From a virus, in IMG/VR virus record IMGVR_UViG_3300037307_000181, positions 2,523 through 66,522 of that record: 64,000 nucleotides of DNA; one strand, written 5' to 3'. Each line of letters begins with the position of its first letter. The first letter of the stretch is position 1. The notes beneath the pieces are model-generated. The model did no database searches. It saw only the letters and a list, made by a program, of their open reading frames with translations, and had not been told where the DNA came from. This document shows, piece by piece, positions 63,169-64,000 of this stretch. Made by a program: the position numbers and the translations under genes.

Positions 63169-63456
63169 ATGGCAGCACATATCCTAACCGCACTAAACCA
63201 AATCGAAAATGATATCATCAAGGGCCGGCTTGTTTGGGATCACCTACGAGCAGCCCTTGAGATATCCTGCTGGACAGAGGACTTGGCATATGATGACTAC
63301 CTAGCCCTACACAGGGCTGTGCACTCAGAAGATAGGATTGCTCTTAGCTTTTGGGTCACTACCATGAAGAAGAAGTATGTGGAAATGTGGGAGGCACTAA
63401 ACAAACCAACTACCAGAGAGGAGTGGAACAGGAAAAGGAGAATAAGCTATGATTGA
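63169..63456 (+). CDS. hypothetical protein
   Basis: ORF track. Confidence 0.5.
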   Translation: MAAHILTALNQIENDIIKGRLVWDHLRAALEISCWTEDLAYDDYLALHRAVHSEDRIALSFWVTTMKKKYVEMWEALNKPTTREEWNRKRRISYD

Positions 63457-63754
63457 AATTGAACTAGCAAAACTTATTGTTGGTGTTATTGCTGCACTGC
63501 TTGGTCTGGTCTCGGCAGTGATTGCCCTGATCAAGCACCTAAAAAACAAGCAGACCCTGTGCACAAGAATTGAAACAGAGAATGGAACTATTCTATATCA
63601 GTTTGATCACAAAGCTACAGATATAGAAATCGCTGAGTTTGCGTCTCAGTATTGTGAGATGTGGGATGGTCGGATTATTGTAGATAATACAGACCATAGA
63701 ACTCTAAATATATATGACAATAAGCTGTTTATAAAGGATATACGTAATCTGTAA
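63449..63754 (+). CDS. hypothetical protein with N-terminal TM
   Basis: ORF track. Confidence 0.5.
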   Translation: MIEIELAKLIVGVIAALLGLVSAVIALIKHLKNKQTLCTRIETENGTILYQFDHKATDIEIAEFASQYCEMWDGRIIVDNTDHRTLNIYDNKLFIKDIRNL

Positions 63755-63856
63755 TATAAAAGTACCATAAGTAATTGTGTATAATGCCTTGACAGTATTT
63801 ATGTTTTATATATAATGCGGCTCAAATAATTTTATATTTAAGGAGTGTTTACGAGT

Positions 63857-64000
63857 ATGGATGTCAAATTATTTTCTGTGGACGGTTCGTATATTTGTAC
63901 GCTAAGCTTCAACGGAAACCCTATGGTAGGAGATGTGCTCCTGGTGAACGAGAGACTAATGGAAATCACATCCAGGAGATGGACAACGGCAGGAGAACTA
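63857..64000 (+). CDS. partial ORF (runs off window end)
   Basis: AAGGAG RBS and upstream TTGACA..TATAAT; MDVKLFSVDG.. Confidence 0.5.
   Translation, partial: MDVKLFSVDGSYICTLSFNGNPMVGDVLLVNERLMEITSRRWTTAGEL

Noticed and set aside
1-64000. Prophage, integrase or att features and host assignment
   Set aside because: No integrase, repressor cassette or host genes are visible in this window, so the host cannot be inferred reliably.

Overview
This window is a 64-kb segment of a large tailed dsDNA phage genome, siphovirus-like, with a 1501-aa tape measure protein and a small tail-tube protein. The host cannot be determined from the sequence. Positions 1-29.8 kb (minus strand) hold the morphogenesis operon: TerS/TerL, portal, prohead protease-scaffold, a major capsid protein with an inserted Ig/FN3-like segment, repeat-rich structural proteins, neck and tail genes, tail chaperones with a -1 frameshift, tape measure and tail-tip genes. 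Positions 29.9-46 kb (mostly plus strand) encode SSB, a frameshifted RNase H, a resolvase-like nuclease, class II RNR, MazG, an RlaP-like nucleotidyltransferase, a tmRNA, 3 tRNAs, a phosphoesterase and homing endonucleases. Positions 46-56 kb contain small early genes arranged in hairpin/sigma70-promoter modules. Positions 56-63 kb form a dense RNA island with 28 further canonical tRNAs (31 in the window, all 20 amino acids). The island also contains many non-canonical RNAs: two tRNA scaffolds whose anticodon loop is replaced by a 72-73-nt two-hairpin domain, two D-armless Arg(UCU/CCU) tRNA-like RNAs with a compensatory helix, other anticodon-less tRNA mimics, an ~850-nt highly structured ORF-free transcript, and several inter-tRNA structured elements. 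A 10-copy bipartite putative late-promoter motif and a 14-bp palindromic operator candidate were also found. All RNA structures were read by eye, and product calls rest on motif recognition, not database searches.
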